A stretch of DNA of 63,440 nt, counting the filler. It is 8 parts of 8 records of this genome, joined end to end, with 100 filler letters (N's around TTAATTAATTAA, not from the genome) between each part and the next. Parts side by side here need not be neighbours in the genome. Positions count along the whole stretch, not along the records: positions 35,264 to 42,791 come from SRR31156797_9251; positions 42,892 to 49,220 come from SRR31156797_9254; 6 more parts are not named here. One strand, written 5' to 3'. Every line of letters starts with the position of its first letter. The first letter of the stretch is position 1. The position numbers and the translations under genes were made by a program. Of this stretch, positions 39,338 to 48,604 are shown in pieces. The notes below the pieces were generated by a model. It was not told the origin of the DNA. It did no database searches and was given only the letters and a program-made list of their open reading frames with translations.

Positions 39338-39388
39338 CACCCCTGCGGGTGATTTTGTAGACAACCCGAAGTCACCCAAAAGGGTGAT
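39338..39388. promoter_or_regulatory. Two palindromic operator boxes CACCC-N4-GGGTG upstream of rdhA
   Basis: CACCCCTGCGGGTGAT (39338-39353) and TCACCCAAAAGGGTGAT (39372-39388), centres 35 bp apart. Confidence 0.7.
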
Positions 39389-39405
39389 GGGCAAGGAGAA
39401 AATAA

Positions 39406-42141
39406 TCAGCGGGTTCTGTGATAGGATGAAAACGGTGTGAGCAGATTGAATTCTTCGGCCTTATTGATGGCCTGGGTCCGGTTGCCGACACCCAGTTTGC
39501 TGTAGATTCTTTTGGTGTGTGTTTTTAAGGTGTTGACGGAGACGAACAGTTGAGTGGCTGTTTCCGTGTAGCTCGCTCCTTTGGCCAGGCAATTCAGTAC
39601 CTCTACCTCACGCTGGGTCAGATCGAAAGTATCGTGCTGTGATTTGCCTGAATCGGAAATTCTGGTCAGTATCCGGGCAATAAAACAGTCGGTTTCCGGA
39701 TCGTTGGCGCTTAGTTGCCTGCCAGCCTGTTTAAGCAGCTCGTATAGTGGCAGCCCCTCTCTTATAAATATCTGGCAATAATTTTCAGGTGCGACCAGGG
39801 TGACGGCTTTTCCCAGACTGATCTGCGCCTGTTTCCCATTGCCGAGCAAGCGATGGGCCAAGGCCACCTGAATCAATACTTCAGACTTGAACAGAAGACT
39901 GGTTTTTTCGTCAAATTTTGAAACGAGTTCATTCAGTATTGAAAGTGCCTCTTCCGCTCTATCCGTTTCGACGGCAATTTTGGCCGTAATGAGGTGGATG
40001 ACGTTTGAGTATGACCTCAAGGGCTGCTGACCGGTTCGGTAGATTCCCTGGAAGTTCAGGGGGGATAAATCAGGATATTTCTTTCCGGTAAGGTATTGAT
40101 GATCGCTTTTTGAAAACGATCTGTCAGCCAGCTCCGGCCGGCCACTCAATCTTTGAATCAGGGCTTTGCAGGATTGCGCGATTATGGTTTCGGCCTGTGA
40201 TGGTGCCAGGCTGTCAATGATGGTGCTCATTTTATCCATGGCCTCTATGCCTTGCGCCGGTTCATCTTGATCGAGCAGGCACTGCGCCAGAGTCAGATAC
40301 GCATCGACGATTGAAAAAACGTCACCGTCTTTCAGGATCTTTTGCAATCCGTGGTTGAGGTGTTTTTCAGCATGAATCAGCTCTCCGGAATGGTAGAGCA
40401 GTTGTCCCATAACGACATGGGCAAGGCCGGAAAAAGGTATTTCTCCGTCCTCAGCTGAATTGTAGTCTACAAGTGTCCGGCAGGTCTGCAGTGCTCGTTC
40501 GAGCTGGCCGTATTCCAAGTAGAGTTTAGTTAAAGCTATCGAATCCATAAAAAAGCAGAACGGTAGATTTGCCTTCAAGGCCATTGCGGCTGCATTTTTG
40601 AAAACCTGTATCGCCTCGCTGTGGTTGCCGTTGACCCGGTGGCAAAATCCGTAACCACCGAGAGCCAGGATTCGCCAGAATTTTTGCTCTTCCGGGAGCA
40701 TATTTAGGGCGTTGTAAAAATGTTTTCTGGCTTCGTCTACGGCAAAGAACGATGCACTGCGAATCCCTTTGATGGCTGAAAGGATTCCATGTTGTACGGA
40801 TTTTTGTCCTGGCTTGCCATCAACGGGGGGGCCAAGCTGTTTCTCGATGCGCTGCAGGCATTGATCGAATGCTTCGAATTCCCCCATTTCATGAAGAAAG
40901 AACAGCTGATGCAAGGTCAGGGCCGGAGGCAGGTAGTCTGCGGGAACCTTGCTGAACCACTGGAGATAAATATTGAAATGCCCCCGGGCAAGAATCCGGT
41001 CGATGTTTGTCTCCAGATGGCTGATGACCTGATCGTAGTCCTTTGCCTCCAGTGCATGATCTATGGCCTCTTCCCTCATGCCATGGGCCATGAACCAGTT
41101 TGCCGCTTGCCGATGAAGACGGGTGACTTGTTGTTCGCTGCGGTTGCGCAGGCGATTGTTGAGCATTTGGGCAAATAGATGATGATATCGGTACCAGCAG
41201 CGGTTATTGTCCAGAGGTATGATGAACAGGTTGTTCTTTTCCAATTGCTCAATGATCTGATGGCTGTTGGTAATGCCAAGCAGATGGTCGCAGATATCTG
41301 CATTCATCCGTTTAAGGATTGATGTCTGAATCAGGAATTCCCGTATCTTTTCTTTTTGATGGGCAATAACTTCACTGATAAGATAATCCGTGATATGGCG
41401 ATCCTCACCGGACAGATTGTCGATGAATACATTTGCCTCCGGGAGATCCCTCAGGGACAGGGCTGCAAGCTGTAATCCCGTGACCCATCCTTCGGACTGT
41501 TTCTCCAGTCTGGAGATCTGTTCCCCTGTCAGGCTCAGCGCCATGGAACGGTTGAGAAAGGCATTGGTTTCCTCGGTGTTAAAACGCAGGTCCTCAATCC
41601 CAAGCTCTTTCAGCTGGTTTTTAGCACGCAGCCTGGCAATTGGCAGTGGGGGGGCCGTACGACTGATGATAAGCAGGTGCAGATGCTGCGGCTGGTGGTT
41701 GATTAAAAAACTGATGGCTGCATGGATCTCCCGATTTTCGATCAGGTGGTAATCGTCCAGGGCCAGGATGAGAGTTTGTCCCGCCTGTTCCAGGTCGTTG
41801 ATCAGTTGTATTATTGCTGTAGTTAATATGGATGGATTCGGTGACTGCAAAAGCTCAAAAGACTTTTTTGCAACACCGGGCTCAATACGGTTCAAGGCTG
41901 TAAACAGGTAGCTGAAGAAGCGTTGTGCCTCATTGTCGTTTTCATCCAGTGAAAGCCAGGCTGCAGGAGCTTTTTGCCGGCTGAGCCAGGCGCTGGCGAG
42001 GGTGCTTTTCCCGAATCCGGCCGGTGCGCAGATCAGGGACACCTTGGCCGTGGATGACAGTTTGTTGCAGAGGCGTGGTCTTGTGACGGTCTCATCCGGC
42101 AGAAGAGGCATGTGGAATTTGGTTATCAGCAATGTGTCCAT
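39406..42141 (-). CDS. MalT-like (LAL) ATP-dependent LuxR-family transcriptional regulator
   Basis: APAGFGKS Walker A, WLSLD, LDDYH, WYRYHHLF, TPR region, C-terminal LTQREVEVL..LFVSVNTLKTH HTH. Confidence 0.95.
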   Translation of the reverse strand: MDTLLITKFHMPLLPDETVTRPRLCNKLSSTAKVSLICAPAGFGKSTLASAWLSRQKAPAAWLSLDENDNEAQRFFSYLFTALNRIEPGVAKKSFELLQSPNPSILTTAIIQLINDLEQAGQTLILALDDYHLIENREIHAAISFLINHQPQHLHLLIISRTAPPLPIARLRAKNQLKELGIEDLRFNTEETNAFLNRSMALSLTGEQISRLEKQSEGWVTGLQLAALSLRDLPEANVFIDNLSGEDRHITDYLISEVIAHQKEKIREFLIQTSILKRMNADICDHLLGITNSHQIIEQLEKNNLFIIPLDNNRCWYRYHHLFAQMLNNRLRNRSEQQVTRLHRQAANWFMAHGMREEAIDHALEAKDYDQVISHLETNIDRILARGHFNIYLQWFSKVPADYLPPALTLHQLFFLHEMGEFEAFDQCLQRIEKQLGPPVDGKPGQKSVQHGILSAIKGIRSASFFAVDEARKHFYNALNMLPEEQKFWRILALGGYGFCHRVNGNHSEAIQVFKNAAAMALKANLPFCFFMDSIALTKLYLEYGQLERALQTCRTLVDYNSAEDGEIPFSGLAHVVMGQLLYHSGELIHAEKHLNHGLQKILKDGDVFSIVDAYLTLAQCLLDQDEPAQGIEAMDKMSTIIDSLAPSQAETIIAQSCKALIQRLSGRPELADRSFSKSDHQYLTGKKYPDLSPLNFQGIYRTGQQPLRSYSNVIHLITAKIAVETDRAEEALSILNELVSKFDEKTSLLFKSEVLIQVALAHRLLGNGKQAQISLGKAVTLVAPENYCQIFIREGLPLYELLKQAGRQLSANDPETDCFIARILTRISDSGKSQHDTFDLTQREVEVLNCLAKGASYTETATQLFVSVNTLKTHTKRIYSKLGVGNRTQAINKAEEFNLLTPFSSYHRTR

Positions 42142-42791
42142 ATTGAAATCTTGTCTTTTCCTTTAATCGGCCCTATGACCTGGCAGCTGTCAATTTCAGC
42201 CAACCCTGCAGGCATATTTATAGCGGATACTCCTGATGACCTGAACTTCATCCAGATCCTGAGTCTTTTTAAATTTCGACTTTCACAGGACCGACATATA
42301 CCATAACCATGCGGTTTTTTCCCATCAGTTTTCCCAGGAACCCATGGCGTAATTAAAAACGGCTCGCCCGGTATCTGGATGCGCAGCGTCCATCCATGTT
42401 CTGATCCATCATTTTTATTGGCCACCGAGCCATTGATTTGTGAGGCCGCGCGCATGACAACGACCGACAGTCGCCTTGCATATCATGAAATATCCGAGTT
42501 GATCAATATCCCACCAAGAAACTAAAGCCCTTTGCATCCCAGCCCCTCTCCCCAATTTCGTGAAATCAAGGTTTTTTCCTGCGAAAACAAGAGCATCATC
42601 TGCCCAAGAGTTTCTCGGCGGAAATATCACATTCACGGCCCCTGACGGGCTGATATCAGGCAGAACACCATGTTGTTCTGCTGTTGATCATCTGTCAGTA
42701 TATAACCAGACAAAGCAAAGGTAGAAAAAATCTCTTTTAGAGCTTGGAGTATTTCTCGGTCTCCCTATGTGGCAGGATAGTTGTCGCCTCA

Positions 42792-42891
42792 NNNNNNNNN
42801 NNNNNNNNNNNNNNNNNNNNNNNNNNNNNNNNNNNTTAATTAATTAANNNNNNNNNNNNNNNNNNNNNNNNNNNNNNNNNNNNNNNNNNNN
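42792..42891. other. Artificial contig linker
   Basis: N-run/TTAATTAATTAA/N-run. Confidence 0.99.
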
Positions 42892-43403
42892 CCATCCATC
42901 ATATCAGATGGAGCAACCATATCAGCTCCTGCCTTAACGTGTGAAAGAGCCACATCACCTAAAAGATCAGCTGTCTCGTCATTTTTAACAATACCTCTCT
43001 CATCTAATAGACCACAATGCCCATGAGAAGTGTATTCACACATACAAACATCTGTTATAACTATAAATTCCGGATAATTTTCTTTAATATATTTTATTCC
43101 TTGCTGGATAATTCCATTCGAATTATATGCTTCCGTTCCTATCTCATCTTTAGAAGCAGGAATACCGAAAAGTAAAAGTGATCTAATTCCCAGTTCATAC
43201 GCTTCATCTAATTCTGTTTTTAGCATATCAATTGATAATCTGTAAATTCCCGGCATTGATGAAATTTCTGTTCTTATACTTTCTCCCTCTTCAATGAAAA
43301 TAGGATAAACTAAGTCTGAAAGTTCCAGATATACATCTTTTACTAAATTTCTCATATTTTGATTTATTCTCAGTCTTCTGTGTCTTTTAAACACTTTACA
43401 CAA
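42892..43403 (-). CDS. hemB: Porphobilinogen synthase (3' truncated)
   Basis: RHRRLR, SMPG, DVCMCEYTSHGHCG, VAPSDMMD. Confidence 0.97.
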
Positions 43404-43421
43404 CCCCTTTATATTAAAATA

Positions 43422-43994
43422 CTAATCGTGTTTAAACTCTATAACTCTAAATGAACTGTTAGGCATAATATCGCTCTCTCTAAGTTCAAATATGTGTTTT
43501 CCGTCAAGATAATTAAAATAAAGCTTTAATACCGTTCCATGTGAAACAACTAATACTGTTTCATTGTCATGTTTTTCCTTAAGTATCTCTACTCCTTTTA
43601 TCATTCTATCCAGTGCAGTCTGCAAGCTTTCTGATTTAATAGTTTCATGATCATACTCGGCGGGATTATTAAAAAATGCATCAGCTTGTTCAGGAAATTC
43701 ATTCATAACATCAGCTATTTTCATCCCTTGCCATACACCAAAGTGTTTCTCTTTGAATTCAGACATTTTTTCTACTTTCATATCTTTATCTTTTGCTACA
43801 AACATAGCTGTATCATATGCTCTATCAAGGTCACTCGAGTAGATATGATCAAATTCTACATCTTTAAGTGAGTCTGCTAAGATTTTTGCCTGTTCAATTC
43901 CCTCTTCTGATAAATTAGAGTTTAAATATCCCTGCATAATTCCAGCTTTATTCCATTCTGTTTGCCCGTGTCTGGCAAAATAGATCTTTAACAT
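43422..43994 (-). CDS. cobC: Histidine phosphatase, probable alpha-ribazole phosphatase
   Basis: RHGQTEWN, SSDL.RA, VVSHG; cobalamin gene context. Confidence 0.75.
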   Translation of the reverse strand: MLKIYFARHGQTEWNKAGIMQGYLNSNLSEEGIEQAKILADSLKDVEFDHIYSSDLDRAYDTAMFVAKDKDMKVEKMSEFKEKHFGVWQGMKIADVMNEFPEQADAFFNNPAEYDHETIKSESLQTALDRMIKGVEILKEKHDNETVLVVSHGTVLKLYFNYLDGKHIFELRESDIMPNSSFRVIEFKHD

Positions 43995-44021
43995 ACTAAA
44001 ACCTCCAAAAAATTATTAAAT

Positions 44022-44040
44022 TATTTTTGTTCATATACAT
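44022..44040 (+). repeat. Copy of 19-bp repeat TATTTTTGTTYRTATACAY
   Basis: TATTTTTGTTCATATACAT. Confidence 0.8.
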
Positions 44041-44090
44041 AAAATTATGAACAATTTTTTATTTTTCTTCTCAATAATATAAAAATTTAT

Positions 44091-44115
44091 AAAAAAGGCA
44101 GGGAAAACCCTGCCT
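44091..44115 (-). terminator. Intrinsic terminator after the hypothetical gene
   Basis: AAAAA-AGGCAGGG-AAAA-CCCTGCCT (U-tract on minus strand). Confidence 0.85.
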
Positions 44116-44173
44116 ATATTTTCTTAATATTATATCATTTATTGTTGTTTTTCACAATTGATTAAACTATATT

Positions 44174-45136
44174 TTAGTAGAAATTATCCCCTTGATTTTC
44201 ATCAAGATTTTGCTCGGGAGCACTTGGTAATGATCCAATAATTGTTCCGCCATTTTCAACGAATTCAAATACAAATCTTATTGATTTTTCAAGGTTTCTT
44301 TGAACTTCGCCATTTACGTTTCTTCCCATAGTAATATCTCTGCCTATCTTCTCAATACTCTCTTTTCTTAATTTGTCAGCTTCTCTCTCAAGATCCAACT
44401 CAATCTGTTTATTACTCAGATTCATACTTCTTATCTCTTCAACTTTTCTCATTATATCAACTATTTTTTCTATTACTTCTAGAACTTTTGAGCTTACCTC
44501 CAGTATAGAGCTAATTATCTCATCTGTGCTTTTTAATACTAATGTAAATGAATCTCCTGCTACACAAGATACCTTAACCTCTTCAGGAGTTTTTTCATGA
44601 AGCATTGTAACTCCTCTAATTATCTCATACCAACTTTCAGTTCTAACATTGAGATCAACAATATTATCAATAGAAGCTCTCTCTTCGAAACATATTTTGA
44701 TAGGATTTCCTACTGAAACCTCAGGTTCACTTTTATCAAATACACCATCAAGTCCTTGCTTAACTTGAGCTAATTTTCCAACTCCTCTATTTATCTCTTC
44801 TTTAAATTGATTTAGTTTATTTACAACTGTGGCCAAATCAAGTGCATTTCTATATAAAGTATCCTCTACTCTCTGAACGCCCTGATTTCCTATATTTTCA
44901 AATACGCCTAATTTTGTTAATATTTTTGTTTGTTCTTCACTTAGATTATCAATATATACATCATTTATAGCTCTAATAAGTTCATCCCTTTGATGTTCAA
45001 AAGGTCTTTTCTCATTATGAGGCTGTAAATTCTCATTTAAAATATTTATTAAATCTTGAAACTTATTTTCAATAAATTTATCACTTATCTCTCTTTGTAC
45101 CCATTCAGCAATCAGATAAAGCTCTTCAACAACCAT
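44174..45136 (-). CDS. Hypothetical alpha-helical protein (start ATG 45136)
   Basis: GGAGG RBS before MVVEELY; no recognisable catalytic motif. Confidence 0.75.
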   Translation of the reverse strand: MVVEELYLIAEWVQREISDKFIENKFQDLINILNENLQPHNEKRPFEHQRDELIRAINDVYIDNLSEEQTKILTKLGVFENIGNQGVQRVEDTLYRNALDLATVVNKLNQFKEEINRGVGKLAQVKQGLDGVFDKSEPEVSVGNPIKICFEERASIDNIVDLNVRTESWYEIIRGVTMLHEKTPEEVKVSCVAGDSFTLVLKSTDEIISSILEVSSKVLEVIEKIVDIMRKVEEIRSMNLSNKQIELDLEREADKLRKESIEKIGRDITMGRNVNGEVQRNLEKSIRFVFEFVENGGTIIGSLPSAPEQNLDENQGDNFY

Positions 45137-45414
45137 AATTTTCCCTCCTAAAATATACTTGATTAACTCTTCTTTAATATAAGATAACACATAAATAGCT
45201 TATTTTCTAATAAATAATTGAATTAATTGAGATTGATGATATAAATCTTGCATTAAAAAAGCAAAATTACAAGTGCTTATAAAAACTATTCTTGTAAAGT
45301 AACTCTTATAGACTTATAACTTTATTAAATATCGCTAAACTATTTATTATAGGAAAGATTCTCATTTCATGTTATAGTATATAAGACTTATTATTATAAA
45401 AAAAGGATGAAAAT

Positions 45415-46248
45415 ATGAATTCAAAAACTATAGCTACATCTGCTGGAATTATCGAATACAGCATTCACGGAAAAGGAACACCGATACTTGTTGTTCATGG
45501 AGGACATTCAAATTGTAACGAAACACTTTGCCTAAAAGGATTTGACCTTAATAAATTTAAGCTAATTATTCCTTCAAGACCAGGTTATGGATCAACTCCG
45601 CTTGGTGAGAATGGCTCTATTAAAAAAACTGCAGAACTTTTTATAGCACTTATGGATAAATTAAGCATTGATAAAGCTAGTGTATACGGTATCTCTACAG
45701 GGGGACCAATTGCAATAGAGTTAGCGGCAAATTATTCTGCTAGAGTTAATAAACTAATTTTAGCATCAGCTATCACAAAAGAATGGGTAAACAAAACAAG
45801 TCCTGCGTACAAAAGAACTGTTGAGAAATTTAATCCAAAACTGGAAAAATTCACTCTAAAAGTTGCAGGTCTTTTATCTAAATTTACACAAGATGCTATA
45901 ATGGATAAAATCTATTCTCAATACACAATTTATCCAAAAAACAGACTTTCAAACGAAGATAAAGCTGAATTAAACAACTCAATTAACTTATATCAATCAA
46001 AGCAAGGATTTATAAATGATCTACAACAAAGTATTGAAGTAGAACCGTTAAATAAAATCACTTGTCCAACACTAATTATTCACAGTGAATATGATAATAA
46101 TATTCCTATTTCACACGCTATTCATGCATCAAAAAACATTAAAAATTCTGTTTTCAGAGTTCTTAATAACAAATGGGGACACATGATCTGGATAGGAAAA
46201 GATGCAGAAATCGCTATCAAAAGAATAGTTGAATTTGCGGAAAAATAA
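45415..46248 (+). CDS. Alpha/beta hydrolase
   Basis: ILVVHGG, SRPGYG, GISTGG nucleophile, PTLIIHSEYD, WGH. Confidence 0.92.
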   Translation: MNSKTIATSAGIIEYSIHGKGTPILVVHGGHSNCNETLCLKGFDLNKFKLIIPSRPGYGSTPLGENGSIKKTAELFIALMDKLSIDKASVYGISTGGPIAIELAANYSARVNKLILASAITKEWVNKTSPAYKRTVEKFNPKLEKFTLKVAGLLSKFTQDAIMDKIYSQYTIYPKNRLSNEDKAELNNSINLYQSKQGFINDLQQSIEVEPLNKITCPTLIIHSEYDNNIPISHAIHASKNIKNSVFRVLNNKWGHMIWIGKDAEIAIKRIVEFAEK

Positions 46249-46264
46249 TAAAATATTAGAAAAT

Positions 46265-46298
46265 AAAAAAAGTATTCCTTAACGGGAATACTTTTTTT
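46265..46298. terminator. Bidirectional terminator between hydrolase and cobT
   Basis: AAAAAAAGTATTCC-TTAACG-GGAATACTTTTTTT. Confidence 0.88.
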
Positions 46299-46317
46299 GT
46301 GTATACGAACAAAAATA
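46299..46317 (-). repeat. Inverted copy of 19-bp repeat
   Basis: GTGTATACGAACAAAAATA is the reverse complement of TATTTTTGTTCGTATACAC. Confidence 0.8.
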
Positions 46318-46324
46318 TTTTTTT

Positions 46325-47356
46325 CTAAACTTCAGGGTATTTCCTAACATCATTTGAAATATTTAGAGCTGATTCCAGTAAAGGGAACATCAATACTGCA
46401 CCACTTCCCTCACCAAGTTTCATTTTCATAAACAAAGTCGGATCTAATTTTAACTCCTCCATAATCCACTTATCTCCTGGTTCTTCACTTAAATGAGAGG
46501 GTATCATATATTCTCTGGCCTCAGGACATATTTTGTAGGCAAGAAGTGCCGCAACTCCTGATATAAGGCCGTCAATTACCACAGGAACTCTATTCTTTGC
46601 ACAAGCTAAATAAGCTCCTGCCATAGCAGCTATATCAAGTCCTCCTACTTTTGAGATTACATCCAGCACATTTTTTTTATCGGGATTATTTAGATTGATA
46701 GCATCAAATATTACCCTCTTTTTGAGATAAAGTGTCTCGTCATCAATACCACTACCTCTTCCTACCAGATCATCAAGAGGAAGATCTGTTATCACTTTCA
46801 ACACAGCACTACTTGTTGTTGTATTTCCAATTCCCATTTCACCTAAAGCAAATAAGTTATAGCCTTTTTCTACTAATTCATCAATTACTTCAATCCCTGC
46901 TTCAATAGCATCTTGTGCCTGATCTCTAGTCATTGCACGACCTAATCTAATATTTTTGGTACCTTTTTTCATAATTTTTTTGTTAATAATACCATTAAAT
47001 TTTTTCTTACTATCAATACCCAGATCAGTAACAAAAAGATCACTTCCAAATGTTCGTGCAAGAGAAGCAATAGAAGCCTCTCCGTCAAGCATCGCTTCTA
47101 CAACATATTGAGTTATAATCCTCTTAGAAGCACTTACACCTTCACACTCTACTCCATTGTCAGCAGCCATTACTACTACAGCCTTTTTATTAAGCTTAAA
47201 CTCCTTTTGCATTCCGGCAATTTGAATAGAAAAATCTTCTAACCTTCCCAAACCTTTTGGCGTTTTTAGCAGTGAATTCAGTTCATTCTCTTTTGAATTC
47301 ATCCAACTATTATTCAGCGGTTTGATTTTTTTAATTGTCTTACTTAATAAACTCAA
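46325..47356 (-). CDS. cobT: Nicotinate-nucleotide-dimethylbenzimidazole phosphoribosyltransferase
   Basis: GLGRLE, AADNGV, GEMGIGNTT, SHLSEEPG, LGEGSGA. Confidence 0.96.
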   Translation of the reverse strand: MSLLSKTIKKIKPLNNSWMNSKENELNSLLKTPKGLGRLEDFSIQIAGMQKEFKLNKKAVVVMAADNGVECEGVSASKRIITQYVVEAMLDGEASIASLARTFGSDLFVTDLGIDSKKKFNGIINKKIMKKGTKNIRLGRAMTRDQAQDAIEAGIEVIDELVEKGYNLFALGEMGIGNTTTSSAVLKVITDLPLDDLVGRGSGIDDETLYLKKRVIFDAINLNNPDKKNVLDVISKVGGLDIAAMAGAYLACAKNRVPVVIDGLISGVAALLAYKICPEAREYMIPSHLSEEPGDKWIMEELKLDPTLFMKMKLGEGSGAVLMFPLLESALNISNDVRKYPEV

Positions 47357-47793
47357 AGTATTTCCTCCAATCGCTTCCTTATCTCTACAGCTCGCTTCGG
47401 ATTTTGTCCTTTACTTGACACAGCTATTACGAAATCATCTCTTTCAAGTATCGCAGAAAATCGGGTATTTAAATCAACTTTTGTTGTCATATTATTTACT
47501 AATATTCCTTTAGCATCAGCCTCAATAAATATCTCGTAATTAAGAGCTTGATTATTCGTAGCAGCTACAACCATAAAATAACCATCTATATCATCTGTTT
47601 TGTAATTACGTTTTTCAATCTCTATATTTAAGTCATTTATTTCCTTTTTATCAATTGAACTAGCAATTACATCTACTTTAGCACCATATTTTATTAGTGT
47701 TTTGATTTTTCTGTATGCAATATTTCCGGCACCAACTACTAAACATTTTTTATTTTTCAGATTTATAAATACAGGAAAAAAATCGTTTTCCAT
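47353..47793 (-). CDS. sirC: Precorrin-2 dehydrogenase (SirC/CysG N-terminal domain), start ATG 47793
   Basis: FPVFINL..CLVVGAGNIAYRK, VVAATNN..LN, IAVSS.G. Confidence 0.9.
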   Translation of the reverse strand: MENDFFPVFINLKNKKCLVVGAGNIAYRKIKTLIKYGAKVDVIASSIDKKEINDLNIEIEKRNYKTDDIDGYFMVVAATNNQALNYEIFIEADAKGILVNNMTTKVDLNTRFSAILERDDFVIAVSSKGQNPKRAVEIRKRLEEIL

Positions 47794-47810
47794 ATTTAAC
47801 CGCCTTTTAT

Positions 47811-48566
47811 TATTTTTGTTTATATACACTTTATTTCTATTAAAATTAATATCTTTTTCTCATTTCATCGAATTCAAATAAAACAACTTTTCTTAACTTA
47901 TTGATTCCAATACTTTAAAGAATACTCTCTATTTTTGTGCGTATACATGTTTTTAATAAAAAATTAACGACAAAAACTCCATTTCATCGAATTTAGTTTA
48001 AATCTTCACACCATCAATTTGGGCAGGAACTTCTAATCAAGTAAAACTATAAATGATTCAAGGATAGTCCTTACGCAACATGGTGTGTGTAAACTTAATT
48101 CTTATTTACACTCTATTAAATTTATTAGTTCACTATTTTATTTCTGTTTATATACATATTAATTTTAATAAAAACAGTAAGCTAATCAACAATTAGCAGA
48201 AAGATAATTAATCTTTAAAATCGCAGTTTTAACTTTATTATTGATTATAAGCACTTTGATTAGTTTGATTTATTTTTGTTCGTATACATGTGCTGATTTT
48301 ATTAATTCGAGATACTGACAAATTGAGTTTAAATTAAAACACTTTATTTAAACTCAATAAAATCAGCATATATATACTTTTATATATAATTTTTCTATTC
48401 TAAGTAAGAGATCTCACTTTTTACTTTTATTTTTGTTCGCATACATAATAGATATAATAAAATCAATAAATTTTTATCTTAATAGTCTTACGTACAAAAA
48501 TATTTTTTTCATGATATATTCAAAATAAAGCATTTAATTCAAAATTTTATTTTTGTCTATATACAT
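47811..48566 (+). repeat. Array of six direct copies of the 19-bp repeat (plus one degenerate inverted copy) filling the hemL-sirC intergenic region
   Basis: Copies start at 47811, 47930, 48139, 48271, 48428, 48548; degenerate inverted copy at 48484-48502. Confidence 0.85.
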
Positions 48567-48604
48567 AAATAAAACGACATTTTAGCGTCATTTTTAACAA
48601 TGAC

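Noticed and set aside
39237-39405. Cobalamin riboswitch upstream of rdhA
   Set aside because: Conserved riboswitch elements not found; region better explained by operator palindromes
36131-42636. Many antisense or overlapping ORFs in the rdh contig (e.g. 36539-37081, 37225-37695, 37893-38423, 42126-42455)
   Set aside because: Shadow ORFs of GC-rich genes or intergenic DNA with no recognisable motifs or RBS
42142-42791. Possible ncRNA or repeat element upstream of the LAL regulator (GCAGAAC/GTTCTGC hairpin, CTGATATCAG palindrome)
   Set aside because: Only short isolated stems; nothing repeated or assignable
47811-48566. CRISPR array or cobalamin riboswitch
   Set aside because: Repeats are short and degenerate with 100-190 nt irregular spacers and no cas genes; no B12-box/GCCACTG-type core seen on the coding strand
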